A stretch of 59,068 bases of DNA, the filler included, from Basidiobolus ranarum (lineage: Eukaryota), in NCBI GenBank assembly GCA_040143965.1. It is 2 parts of 2 records of this genome, joined end to end, with 100 filler letters (N's around TTAATTAATTAA, not from the genome) between each part and the next. Parts side by side here need not be neighbours in the genome. Positions count along the whole stretch, not along the records: positions 1 to 29,541 come from JASJQH010000104.1; 1 more part is not named here. One strand, 5' to 3'. This document shows positions 1 to 12,307 of this stretch, in pieces. The notes beneath the pieces are model-generated. The model saw only the letters and a list, made by a program, of their open reading frames with translations. It was not told the DNA's origin and ran no database searches. Every line of letters starts with the position of its first letter. Within the stretch, counting starts at the first letter, position 1. The translations under genes and the position numbers were made by a program.

Positions 1-669
1 CATCCATCTCCAGAACTCACTGTGTGAAGTCAATTTGGCTTCATTACAAGAGTGAATTTCGTAGTATGCAGTTAATTGTGAATGTTCTTTCATTATGAGA
101 GTAAACATCCATGACAACTCCACCTTATACTGAGAGTGCAGGCATCAAAAGAGTGTCCCGAAAGGAAGGTCATGTTGGCAAGTTGAGGTCGAAGAAGCCG
201 GAACAGCCTTTGAGGAAGCGACTCTTGGATGCCATCAGTGTCTTCTGTTTGCGGTTGCTACCATGGAGCAGAAGCATTGTTCACTGAGGGTCGTTTCCGA
301 GGTTTGTCATTAGATTGGGGGGTGATCTATCTGGCGTAAGCGTAAATGTATTGCCAACCACCGCTCAAGTACTTGCCTCATGAATTGTCAGAAATATCGG
401 ACAACACTCATGCCTGGCAATCACCATTACTGGTAACAACAGTTTAAGGCATCTATGAATCGTTCGATTCTGTTGCGCTGTTCACTCTTTGAGACGCGGG
501 GTTGTATGTGTCTGGTGGTAAGAGTGAATGGGGTGACGGAAGAGGCGACACTCTAGTTAGCCAGATGAGTGACGGAACATGGAAGCTGTCATCGTACCAA
601 GATAGAGTTGATTCTGACTTTGAATATTGCATTCTATAGCATCTTCATATCACTTGAATATCAGCAAAA

Positions 670-1524
670 ATGGTCAGAATCTCTGTTTTGAACGATTGTC
701 TCAAGAACATCAACAACGCTGAGAAGCGTGGCAAGCGCCAAGTCCTCATCAGACCTTCATCCAAGGTTATTGTCAAGTTCTTGTCTGTTATGCAAAAGCA
801 TGGTAAGTGAATGAGTTTAATTTGAATAATCTACTGACATGAGGCATTGGGCTTTGTATTTTGTGAGGCTTTTGCGAGAATGAAGATGTTTGTAGTGTGG
901 TAATGGGACAATGATTGCAATCTAATCCGACGTCTATAACTGGATGAACGTAGTATCTACCTACCTACTTTGTCTTTTAATGCTTCGGTACATTAATTAC
1001 GTGTACTTACACGGCGTGGTTAAGGGGTTTTTCACCTTGCATGTTGTTTATATCTACGTGACAATCCTTGTACTTTTCAGTATAAGTTTGAGCTTATCCC
1101 ATTAGCAACACGAAGGCATCATTCATTCATTGCGAACATTTCGCAAGGTGCAACCTTCGTTGGTGCAGACAGTGCAGGGGAGTTGGCACTGACAGCAACA
1201 GAGTGTACTCTATCCAGTATTATTGGTGCAGATATGCTAACGTTTTCATGATTGATGTGTCTAGGTTATGTTGGTGAATTCGAAGAGATTGATGATCACC
1301 GTTCCGGCAAGATCGTTATTCAATTGAATGGTCGTTTGAACAAGTGCGGAGTTATCTCACCTCGTTTCAACATCAAGCTTACTGATATTGAGAACTGGAT
1401 CAACCAATTGTTGCCTTCTCGTCAATTCGGTTACCTTGTGTTCACCACCTCAGCTGGAATCATGGATCACGAAGAAGCTCGTAGAAAGCACACTGGTGGC
1501 AAGATCTTGGGTTACTTCTATTAA
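670..1524 (+). CDS. RPS22: 40S ribosomal protein uS8 (S22/S15a), 2 exons
   Basis: Exon 670-802 [48 protein letters not shown] intron 803-1264, exon 1265-1524 [18 protein letters not shown]...GKILGYFY. Confidence 0.98.
925..1066 (+). ncRNA. snR44: Intronic box H/ACA snoRNA, snR44 orthologue (guides SSU Psi106 and LSU Psi1056 equivalents, yeast numbering)
   Basis: Hairpin 1 (CCGA 927-930/TCGG 985-988) with pocket CTATAACT 934-941 + TTTAATG 976-982; H box ACATTA 990-995; hairpin 2 (TACGTG 998-1003/1055-1060) with pocket CTTACA 1006-1011 + TTTA 1047-1050; ACA 1061-1063. Both pockets are 14 nt from their box. Pockets complement recalled rRNA CAUUAAA-UC-AGUUAUAG and UAAA-UA-UGUAAG. Confidence 0.88.
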
Positions 1525-1771
1525 ATCACTTTGTCTTGATTCATTATCCCACTTTTGCTGTTAAAATTTAAGAATATCATATTCAAATAAATTTTTAATA
1601 ATCAATCTGCTTGGCAAGATCTTTTTGTATCTTTTGGAATGGTGAGTCATTCGACAACTAAGCCACTTCAGCTTTTAATATTTGCATGTGAAAATGGATT
1701 TAATACGAACTCGAATAAAAAGTGAGATAGATATTTAGTACACATTCAAGCATCTGTGTTATATCTAAGCG

Positions 1772-2426
1772 ATGGAAGACCCAATTAAAGAACTCCCGTT
1801 GGTGATTAGGAATGCTTTGGGAACAGTGAAATCTCAAATGTAAGTACTCTTTCGGGAGGAGGTTTATGGCTCGACACTAACTAATTTGACTTTGTAACCT
1901 TTATGTACGAAATTTAGTCAACGAGAGACATTAGAGATGATCTTCATTGATGAAAGCGAATTTGTCCACCCTTTGATTCACATTCTACCTGGACCAGGCT
2001 CTAAAGAAAGAGTAATTCAGGCATATCGATTTTGGAAGGGTAAATGAATAAGACTAAATTTTACAGTTTCTCTTTCTAAGTATACGAGTTTGTATATGTT
2101 TAGGCTGTACATGGGAAGATATACCAGAGATTCAAGAAGTATGGTTTGATCCTGGCTTATGTAAGGCAATGATGAAGCTTACGCAAACTGTTAGACCCAT
2201 TCATATGCCTTTGATTCAAAGTGAGATACGGTTGACAGTTCTGCTGGATTTTGAAAAATCCCAAGGAAAATATCGGATCAAAAAGCAAGAAGATTTTATT
2301 CCTTTTGAGGATTTGTTGAATCTGTTTCTACCAGGAAGTAGGTTTGTCCTTGAGAGAGTGAAGAGACTAGGATCATATGCTGGAGCGGCTCTTGGAGTAA
2401 CCATGAACCTGATTGGTTGGTGGTGA
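1772..2426 (+). CDS. Small fungal NTF2-like fold protein (SigF-like NTF2 family), 3 exons
   Basis: Spliced (introns 1840-1917, 2040-2103): MEDPIKELPLVIRNAL...QRETLEMIFIDESEFVHPL...AYRFWK...YRIKKQEDF; MEDP start, FxHP and IxxQED are typical of this family. Confidence 0.65.
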
Positions 2427-2544
2427 AGATTATTAAAGCAATGATGCCTATTAAAAGACTTATGATTTATTTCTTTGTTTCAACTTGATATGTGTTAGAT
2501 TTTAAGATATAGCAGATTAAAAGATAATGCAAAGTGCCACCACC

Positions 2545-3553
2545 TCACCAAAGACCCCAAAGTAACGGGAGTGTGAAAGTTCCAACCCAAATCCCTTGTG
2601 CTGGATTAACCCGGAGCCCATAGCTCAAGGCACTGTTCCCCTTGGGCACCGGTCTACCAGTAACTCTCACTGTCGCCAATACAACCGCTTCAGACCCGGA
2701 TACTTGGGCAGTTGCGGTTACTACCACATCCTTAACCACATCAGAGTTGGGCAACGTTGTAACCGCCGAGCCGGATGCAGTACTTGGGATGCTAAGTGTC
2801 AAAGGAGGAGCGGTGACACCATTCGAACCTGGTAGGGTGAACTAATATTGTTACAAGGGTTAGATATTCGTATCATGTAAATATCCATCCATGAGCAATG
2901 ACTTACTGTAACAATGGGATTAATTGAAATAGAATGATCTACAGTGTCATGGGTTAGGTTGATGTTAGTACTTTGACAATGTAACGTTGAAGAGTGTATT
3001 CGTAAACCATCTTACCAGGGATGCTTACACCGGTTGATGGCTTTGGTGACTCAACTACACTAGTAGTAGGAATTCTCCCAGAGGTTGGGTGGCTTGTTGA
3101 TACAGTAGGATTTACATCTGTATGTGTGTTGATACTTGAAGTTGGGACAGCACTTGTAGGAGGTGTTGATATGGTTGTTGGAGCATGAGTAGTCACTACA
3201 GGTGTAGTGTGTGGTTCTGGTGCACTAGTAGGAACAGTTGCTACACTAGTGGGTGGAAGTGATGGTGCCGATGTGGTTGGCTTGGGAGGCTCACTTACTG
3301 GTTTGGATGGCTCATGGCTAACACTTGGTTGTGGAACTATAAAAATTGAATGAGTAAGCCTAATTGCAGTCCATATGACCCTTGTTACACCATATATAAA
3401 GAGAATTTACCGAAAGTGATAGGATGGGCCTCTGGGGTGACTCCTTGTCCATATACCGCTATTAACGATGATTAGAAACGTCCTTCGTATTCACTATGAC
3501 TTGCTATACTTACCACATAGGTTTATCAAAGCCAGTAACATGTATACCTTCAT
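2545..3553 (-). CDS. Secreted Ser/Thr/Pro-rich (mucin-like) protein, probable GPI anchor
   Basis: Signal peptide MKVYMLLALINLCAVYG across the first intron, long T/S/P-rich exons, C-terminal small residues then hydrophobic tail (GNSALS...GIWVGTFTLPLLWGLW). Confidence 0.75.
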
Positions 3554-5064
3554 GTTCTTGATTAGAGATTTGCAGTTCTACTTCTCTACGAAATAAAGGA
3601 TCGACAAGACGACAATAGAAAGGCTTCTCTTGAAGAGGCACAGGATACCTATCTTAACATCACTGAGGAGGATACTTTTATACAAATAAGGGGCGTACAC
3701 ATCCATTGTAGGGTATAATTGTAATTACTGTATCAATTCATGTTTCTCACTTGCTTACTACAGATACACACTAAGTATAAAGCCTCCGTGCTTAAATTTA
3801 TGCATAGCCAAGGGTCAAGAACATAGCAGATCCTACTCCATCTGGCTCGTCTATTTTTAGAGAAGCAATAGCTAGCGAATTCTTCAGTGATCTTAGGGTT
3901 ATATCCTCAATCAAATCTGAGTAAGGGGCCAATGTACAGGCGAATGAAACAAATGAAGTTGAAACATCTAGGCAGTTCCAACCATCCTATTGTGAATAAA
4001 TTGCTACCCCAACCCCATTTTAACCATCAACTTAACCAACTAAGATGCGTGATGAGTGGTATGTGATGGGTGGTGCGGCTATTCCTCTTTGGAAATCGGC
4101 TAGATATGCCGACCAATGGTCCTTTTCAGTAGCCTAAACGACTTTTCCACAGTATAACAGATTTCGATAGTTACGTGTAGAAAGAAAAGAATGAAGGAAA
4201 GGTTGGCTGTAGAATTGATTTGCCTTAGTAATTCCCGATTACTTAACACAAAACCAATCGCTACTTGTTCACATTTACTAAGCATTTACTTGTTGTATTG
4301 TGATATTTTCCATTTTCATTGACTATCGTGGCCGTTACCTCGATTTTCTTGCGCTCTACCTCAATTATCTTGCCCACTGCCCTGCACACAAACTTCTACC
4401 ACAAGCGAATTTGGGTGAGATTGTTAGTGCGACTGTTACCAGCTTAGTGCTACTGATTGGGCGGTTTTATTAATAGCGTTTACCGAACTTTGGTCAGGTA
4501 TCTTCGACACACTCACTTTGATACAATCACTAGACTCTGACTCATCCACCGACTCTGGCTCTGGGTTGAACTTGGGGACATGGCAATCCAATCCAAGTTG
4601 AATAGACTTGGTCAACAAATGATCTGATTCTCAGCTAATGCACGGAATCTTCTTCGCACAAGATCTATTGGTCGCTCATCTTTGTTACCCAATCTTCCTT
4701 CATTTCCTGATTTAGTATTAGCTTATGTTGGCGGACACTGAACAAGATAAATTGAACTCATTTGCACCTACGACCGGTTCATTTTTCATAGACTTTCTAT
4801 ATCTACTCTCACTCTCACCCTCACCCTTTCTCACCAACTGTTCCATATTTTTCTTCATAATCGGATTCACATATACAATACTAGTAGATTTGTACCCCCC
4901 ATTTACTTGTGTCTCTAGATTAAATTCACTCGCACAGTAGTAGTTGCCCCTTTTATTTAATATACTTGCATCTGGACCGTCTGCTCTCTTACTCTCTCCA
5001 CTCTCACTTTTCGACCTTTCTTGGTACTTTACCAGATCACCAAATTAGCCTATTGGAAACAGAT

Positions 5065-6306
5065 ATGAGTTCCCATTCTTCATGTTCCAATTCTTCCAAA
5101 TCTTTCGGCAAAAGAAAGCTTCCCTCTTCCTTTGAAACAGGTACATACACATTCCATTTTTCCACCGAATCAATACGGCTCTATTATGAGTAATATAACA
5201 AAACATTAAAAGAATCAACACTAAATACTCTCTACTTTATTTTGATTATGATGATTCTAGGCCAAACTAATAAACCTGACGATTCTTGGAAGGATGTCAA
5301 TGCAAACATTCGAAAGATGGACTCTCTTTACGACGCTTCTTTTTATACTTGGTTGAAAAATGAAGAAAATGTGTTAGTCACTTCGGTCTATCTTCACCGT
5401 ATAGCTAATGAATATACTCTGGAGCGTATCATTACTGCACTAAAGTGGCTTATTACTGAATGGCGTGTTGAGTCAGTAGTTTTATTAGTGCGCCATATCA
5501 CCTTAGACTGGGCTGTCCCAATGCCTGATATGACAGAACAGGCAGTTCAAACAGTATTGGATCTAGCCGAACGTCGACGAGCACATCTTGTAAAAGATTT
5601 GACAAAAACCTGGAGTTGTAACTTGGTGGCACAGCTTGCTGGAGGATTGATGAATGGTTGGGTCTGTATGAAGCAGAAAGAACGATTCCTGGCTGCTTTA
5701 ACATCCGAATGGGATTTTCGTCGGTTATCGGAGTTCTTTAGCTACTTACAAACCTCAGCCAATTTAGACTACCGAATCAAGGTTTCTTTGTTACAAGAAG
5801 CTGTACGTCGGGATAAACTTCGACATGCCAAATACTCGACATCCGCAAAATCACCTACGGTTCTATCTCCACCAAGACGTCGTCGTAGTCGTCAAGGGTC
5901 TAATTTAGCTAATAAGAAAATCAAAACCAGCACGGGTAGCCAGGATGATTTGGAAATGTTTGCCCAAGTATCAGAGGATGTACAGAAGAGTAACGTGTCG
6001 TCTGGATCTCTGACAACAGACAATATCAGTTCGTTAACGTCGTCTGGTATAACCGATGTACGGTATAGCATTCGGACGGATATTGACTGCTGCTGCCCTT
6101 CCAACTCAGCATGTAGTCATCAAACACGTCACACTAGTGGTGCATCTTCTAGCAACACAGACACACCCAACCCATCCGAGATTGTCGATTCTATTGGCAT
6201 ATCACAGTCCAACGAAGATACGCTATCTGCAAAAACGAACCTATCCAACACCGAAAACCCGAATCCCCAAAGCCAAGTCTCCAAACGCCGCACATCACTG
6301 ATCTAA
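5065..6306 (+). CDS. Uncharacterised protein: Trp-periodic helical repeat domain plus disordered basic/Ser-rich tail
   Basis: ATG 5065, intron 5141-5260, long open exon to 6306; NLS-like PRRRRSR. Confidence 0.75.
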
Positions 6307-8965
6307 GCAATACCTATTCCAAATACATATTCGTAATCTCTTCTTATCACCATATTTACCTTTTCAACCCTTGCTTTTTAGACTTTTACACTTCTCGACT
6401 CCTTTGTAAAACCTCATGTCCTTTACCATTGTGATTACAATCCCTCCCCCCACTGACTCTTCAAAACGTAAATTTATGCACCTATTAGCACATTTCTATA
6501 TATTCTACCATCCATCTTTTTTGTTATTTGTTGATGGGCCTAATTTGATTATTAGATTCCTTTCGGAGTTGTTTTTTTCTTTTCTTTCTAACTGGCCACG
6601 GTTGCAGTAAGGTAACGGTTACCGTCACCGTTGCACAGTTAGCCCCAATTATCTGCACATATAGCATACTTGTGATTTACCCCGTTGATGTAATAAAGAT
6701 TACGCAAATCCATTGGTCAATATCTGTCGAGTTCTTACATCAGTTCATTTTTTTTCAACATCCTTTCTAGAACTTATCCATATTCTTCTCATCTTGACCT
6801 AAATCAAGGATAGTCCCGATCTTGATTGAAACTGATGAGCAAAGCTATCGGTTAATTTGTTGGATTTGATTTGTATCAGAATCAATTGATGATTCAATAG
6901 ATTTCTTTGGTTAATATCGATTTGAATATGGTGAATTGGAATAGTATTCGTGAAATTATTCATGGAAATTTCATGGGAATTGATCGGAGCCAATGATTGA
7001 GTTAGCTAGTTATTGTGTACACACTGGATTTATTGTCAGAAGACTCTAGACGTGAATGATTCATGAATAATCACCAGACAATGTCTACTCATACGTTACT
7101 TGAAACAATCGAATCATGGGATTATCTAGGGTTAGGGTTGGGACTAAGGTGAAGGTAACATGACTAACCAGAGTTGATGTGAAAAATACTACGGAATTTA
7201 TCCTACAATTTCCAAAATTCATGTGGATCTGCTGGCAAATAGTTTTCTAGATATTATTTCAGTTGTGGTTCATCACTAATTGGTGGGTATAGTAGTTACT
7301 CCACCACAATAGGGAATAGATAAGTAAAATATCTTTCCGTTTCGGTTCGGAGAAATAGTTCACCCCCGAGAGGAAATGAGTGGCAGTGAGTAGATATTTT
7401 AAAGCTAAGGTCAGGTCAGAGAAAATCATCACTAAATGAACAAGTATTCCTAATGGTAAATGTATAATGAAATTAAACAACCTATACTTTTGCCCAGAAT
7501 GTTGATCTGACTTGGATATTGATGCGTCTATGACTCTTAATTAATGCAATGCACTCCCCGCTCGGAAATCAAGTTTAATGATCATCTTGGTTCCTACTAA
7601 TCATCTATAATATACCTAGCATTTGTGATTGTTCGTGTGTCCAGATGGTTCTCTTAATCTATTTAATAACTGTTTCAAATCCAACCAGAAATATCAAGCA
7701 GGTAATCATAGGCAATCACAAGCAATCATGATAGAAGTGCGTTCAGTAGCATTGGCACTCATCCACCTCACTCTCCATCTCATTACTTCCTAACCAAAGA
7801 GGGTTGATAGCGAGGTTGATATACTAAAACGACTGAAAGAGATTCGTGGGGTTGTGTTGTTAACCAAATGACCCACACAATGAATGTCTTTCGATTGACT
7901 AAAATGGATCAGTGGAGAGTGCCATTTGCATGAGTAATGTGATACAGAGTGGTCTAGATCTTGTGTCGGTTTTCACAGGGTGACACAGCATCAAGCTTTA
8001 CAGATTTTGAAGAGGCATTTTCTAGATATGGGCGATGTAGATAATATAATGGGAACCTATTGTTACTGCAGTTAAAAGAGGCAACACGTGGCGCATGGAT
8101 GTCTCATTCTTTCTGACATAATTTATTAAGGTTCTAGACTTTCAGTTTGTTGATGGTTATTATTGTATCCGCATTCACACCCACACCCACACCCACCTAC
8201 GGGTAAGTGAGGTGTAAATACAGATGCGCACATTGCGGAATTCACCAATACATGTTAATTAAGCTTGAGTTCCAGTACTGAGACACTCATTCTCTTGAGC
8301 AGAGTGAGCCTTGGATATATGCAAGGCAATCAAGACATCGATCATTTTAGCCAGCGGAGAAAAGGTCCGAGCACTTTTAATTTATGAACTTCATTACTAA
8401 TAGCAATGAATAGTCATCACCTGTTAGTTTGGGAAATTCATCCTCCCTGGGTTCAGTAGACAAACGAATAGCTCCAACTTCCCCTTATTATTATATATAT
8501 GTATAGTTTAATTATTAAATAAGATGCCAAAACTCGATCAGTAACGGGAATTAAGGAATACACTAGAGGGGCTAGGCATTGACTAGGAGTGTTAATATCC
8601 CAATTTGGGTCGAAAGCCATTCTGGACTGATGTTTGTGCACCCAAGGAACTCTCATTTAAATAAAGAGTCGGTAGCGGCCGGAGCATGGTTGATTCTTAT
8701 TAGCTCATACACCCATTCTGTGTTTTTCTCTCTCCACGATATTCACATTTTGATCTGTTGGAAATAGAAATCTCCTTTACTGTTATACCGCACCTCATCG
8801 AAAGGTCAAATTGGTCTTCCACTGTATTGAAAAAGACTGGTTCGACCAAATTCCTTCCCAACAATATACATAAACTTTTCAGTCATTTCAACCTATTCAA
8901 GGCGATAAACTGTTCTTTCACCTGCTCAGCCTTTCAAACCCTCTTCTCTGAATAGTTACCCGTTA

Positions 8966-10791
8966 ATGTTCCAATCTTCCCATGTGCCTCCAGAGGGACC
9001 AGTGACCGCGTGTATCATCGGGGTTGGAAATAGGTGATTATTGTGTCCTTACCTCCACTAGATATATACATCGTAGTAACCGAGCATTCTTCTATGTAAT
9101 AGGGGATCTTTGTATGCCAATTTCGCCCTTAAAAACCCACATCTCCTGAAAATTGTTGGCGTGGCATCTCCAACTGAATTTCGACGATTTAATCTAGCTA
9201 AGGTGATTTTTTTATTGACAATCATCATTGTTTATGCGAGCTCTTTTGTCTTATTCGATGGTTCATTTATAGCGACATAACATTTCTTCCGAACATATAT
9301 TTTCCAATTGGAAAGAGGTAAACCTCCGTTGACATAGGTGTATTGGATGAGTTCATGCTAACTTGTTTTGCATTGATAGCTTGCTGTGCAGCCGAGAATC
9401 GCTGATGCTGTGATCATTTCTAACCTAGATTCTTTGCATTATCATTCCGCACTAGGTAATTAGTTGTAGTATGTTGGTGCGTCTTTACCTATTTACTAAT
9501 GCGATTTATCAAGCTTTTATTGAGAGCGGATACCACATACTATTGGAGAATCCACCCTCACTTAATCTGGAAGAATGTTTTAAGGTTGCGAACGCAGCCA
9601 TCCAGCATAATGTAATTACCAATTCCTTTACCTTTCGAACTTCCCATCAGATCGATTAAATGCTTATGTTTAGGTCATATTTATGGTGGGTCATCCAGAG
9701 CGGTACAGTGCCTACAATCGAACTATGAAACGTATGATTGATTCGGGTGCAATCGGAGAGGTGATGAGTATTCAGCATATGGAGCCCATTGGTTTCCATC
9801 ATTTTCGACCCTCTTTCTCTCGCAATGGAGTGAACAAGAGAGATAAATCGTTATCACTGATGTCCAAGAATATCCACGACATTGATCTGATCTCCTGGTT
9901 CATGGGCACTAGATGTCGACGAGTCAGTTCTTTTGGAAATCTGTACAACGTCTATCGGAAGAAGAACTTTCAAATCCGAGCATCTGCCCGCTGTCGACAG
10001 TGTCCTCATGAGCAAGAGTGTTGTTATTCTGCGCAACAAATGTACCTGGATAATTCCCCTTGGCTTGATAGCAATCGAACTCCTCGTATTGTACATAGCC
10101 CTATTGAGGAAATCGAAAATCTCGTCGGTCCGTACGACTACAAGGATGTCGATGAAGCTGAGGATTCCTGCGATAACCAGGTAAGGTCCATGGATGTGTT
10201 GCATCGATGGCTCAAACACAGTGTGCTGACTTTTTTGTCTTTAGGTTATCAACATGGAATTCGATGGTGGCAAGACATGCAACTTCACCATGGTAGCCTG
10301 TACGGAGTCTATGTGCGAGCGCAAGACGAGAATATTTGGTACTTTGGGCGAGTTAGAAGCTGATGGCCAAGTGGTTCGTCACTTTGATTTCTTGACCCGT
10401 CGCAGTGAGATCATTCGACCAGAAAGAGATAATGAACACGAGGATGGCGTGACCAACAGTATGTTCTGTTATCCTAGAATCCATCAATCTGACTCTTCCT
10501 AACCCTTTTTTCTCTTTTAGATGGGGATTATGGAGTGATCCGGTTTTTTCTTGAGTGCGTAACCCTTTATGATACTCAGGGACGTGTCTTCTGTGAGCCT
10601 CAAGATGTCTTGGGTAAGTGTTGTCTGAACCATGGCTGTCTTATTCAATTTCTAAACATTTATTCGTTCCATTAGAGAACCATCTTTACGTGTTTGCTGC
10701 GGAGCATGCTCGCAATCATGGAACTGTCGTCAATATTGATGATTATCGTCGGGACTCAGTTGGAGATACTGATGATCTTATGGATATTTGA
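8966..10791 (+). CDS. Gfo/Idh/MocA-family oxidoreductase (YteT-like), multi-exon, divergent active-site motifs
   Basis: VTACIIGVGNRG Rossmann start, IDSGAIGEVMSIQHMEPIG, SKNIHDIDL, RVSSFGNL, CDNQVINMEF, ERKTRIFGTLGEL, ENHLYVFAAEHAR; all introns GT-AG and in frame. Confidence 0.88.
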
Positions 10792-10822
10792 TAGTTCAAT
10801 CTTGTGGATATTTGATAGTTCA
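10775..10822. repeat. 24-bp tandem duplication spanning the oxidoreductase stop codon
   Basis: ATCTT(A/G)TGGATATTTGATAGTTCA x2. Confidence 0.85.
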
Positions 10823-11264
10823 CTCCTCCACCTCCCTAAATGTCTCTGCAATCACTTGTACTTAAATCCCCAACCTCATTAATCCTTAGCATTCATCCTA
10901 ACTCCCTTTATATATTTCGATCACTTCCTTAACATTATCATAGACTTTACCTTATCTTTGCACCTCACTTGCATCCCTCTATAACTCACCTGCACTCACC
11001 TCCCATCAGTCAACCCTTAATGATTGAAATTCACCTGTAAAATAAACGCATCCAGAGATCTCAAGTACTAGCGAATATCAACACTTGTTTAACGATCACA
11101 TCGTCTGGACGTCGATATCACTGACGAACATTCCATTCAAAAAAGGTGGCTTCACATTGAAAAGTAAACAACCACATGAGGAGATGTAGTAGAGAAAGGA
11201 AGATTCTATTACGGTTATTATAGTTGACTCTTACTGGATCCTCAACGACGTTCATACTAGAATC

Positions 11265-12307
11265 CATGGAAGCCGATTCCATTTCGACTGAAGATTCGGC
11301 TTTAGTGGATCCCATTTCGTTATATGGAAAGTATTTTTATGCAAGTATATATATATCGCACCATACACATTGGGCAGACTGGAAGGGTATACCAAATACC
11401 CAAGTCACGTTGACGGTACTCGATCAAAGAAGTATCTAAACAGGGCTTGGTATGAAACTAATGATTACTTCTCATTGAAAGGAAAAAAATTACCATCCAA
11501 CTCGTCACTAGGAATCTTTTTTCCACCTAATTTAGCCGATGATCAAGATTACTCACTGTTTTAGGAGCCAAAATGATCTACTTGTTGTATCACCCTGATG
11601 TATCAAGTTTGATAGAATCGCAAGAAACCAATGGTTGTTTGTTCATTCCAGTGATTTGAAGAAACCTGATTTGGGTGGAATTTTTCAACGCTTGGGACAT
11701 TGACAGTAGGTATAAATATGAATCTAAAGTCTTCCTAGAAGTCATAAAATCAACTCATAATTTTTATACCATGTCTGAAGAAATCTCTCCTAATTCTGAG
11801 AAGCAATTATTCGGTTTCTTGGACTGGCTTAACACCATATCTCCCCAAGTGGTATTGGATCAAGAGGGCCGTAGACGTTTGACTGTACATTTTGGTGTCA
11901 AAGAGTATGATCCCGAGACCGACCGAGTAATCTTTGATGTAAAAGGAGCCGTAAAGCAACGTTTCTACCGCAATGGATACTTCCAAACTCCTCGAATCTC
12001 CGAAATATTGTCCCAGGAAATGTCACTTACCTCCAGTCCAACTTTCATGAATATTGAACCGTGTGAGGGTGGCGTGTGTGGGAAAGAGGGAGTATGGAAG
12101 TTCACATATAACGTAGAGAAAGGGGAATATGACGATGAAAGGTGGATAATTCCGGTCAGCTTTGAGTGTCAGCTTCAATTCCTCACCAACTCTGTGGTCA
12201 AAGAAGATCTATCGTTCGAATTAACCAAATGGTTTAAAAGATTGGTGCCATGGTTCTCTACAGAGACTCGTTCAGGAGATGCACATTATCAACTTTTAGC
12301 AGTCTAA
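11265..12307 (+). pseudogene. Unknown protein gene with in-frame TGA and a non-canonical donor; probable pseudogene or disrupted allele
   Basis: Exons 11265-11330, 11444-11481 and 11565-12307 join in frame (LYGKAWYETNDYFSLKGAKMIYLLYHP...), but intron 2 starts GA and TGA 11657-11659 is in frame with the 210-aa ORF. Confidence 0.5.

Noticed and set aside
1-400. Possible minus-strand gene divergent from RPS22 (coding-like QESLPQRLFRLLRPQL, donor-like sites)
   Set aside because: Could not build a consistent spliced frame; truncated by the window edge.
910-1091. C/D box snoRNA reading of the RPS22 intron (ATGATTG...TTGA)
   Set aside because: Boxes are degenerate and no rRNA guide was found; the H/ACA model fits much better.
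7127-7142. Telomere-like TAGGGTTAGGGTTGGG
   Set aside because: Under three units; expected by chance.
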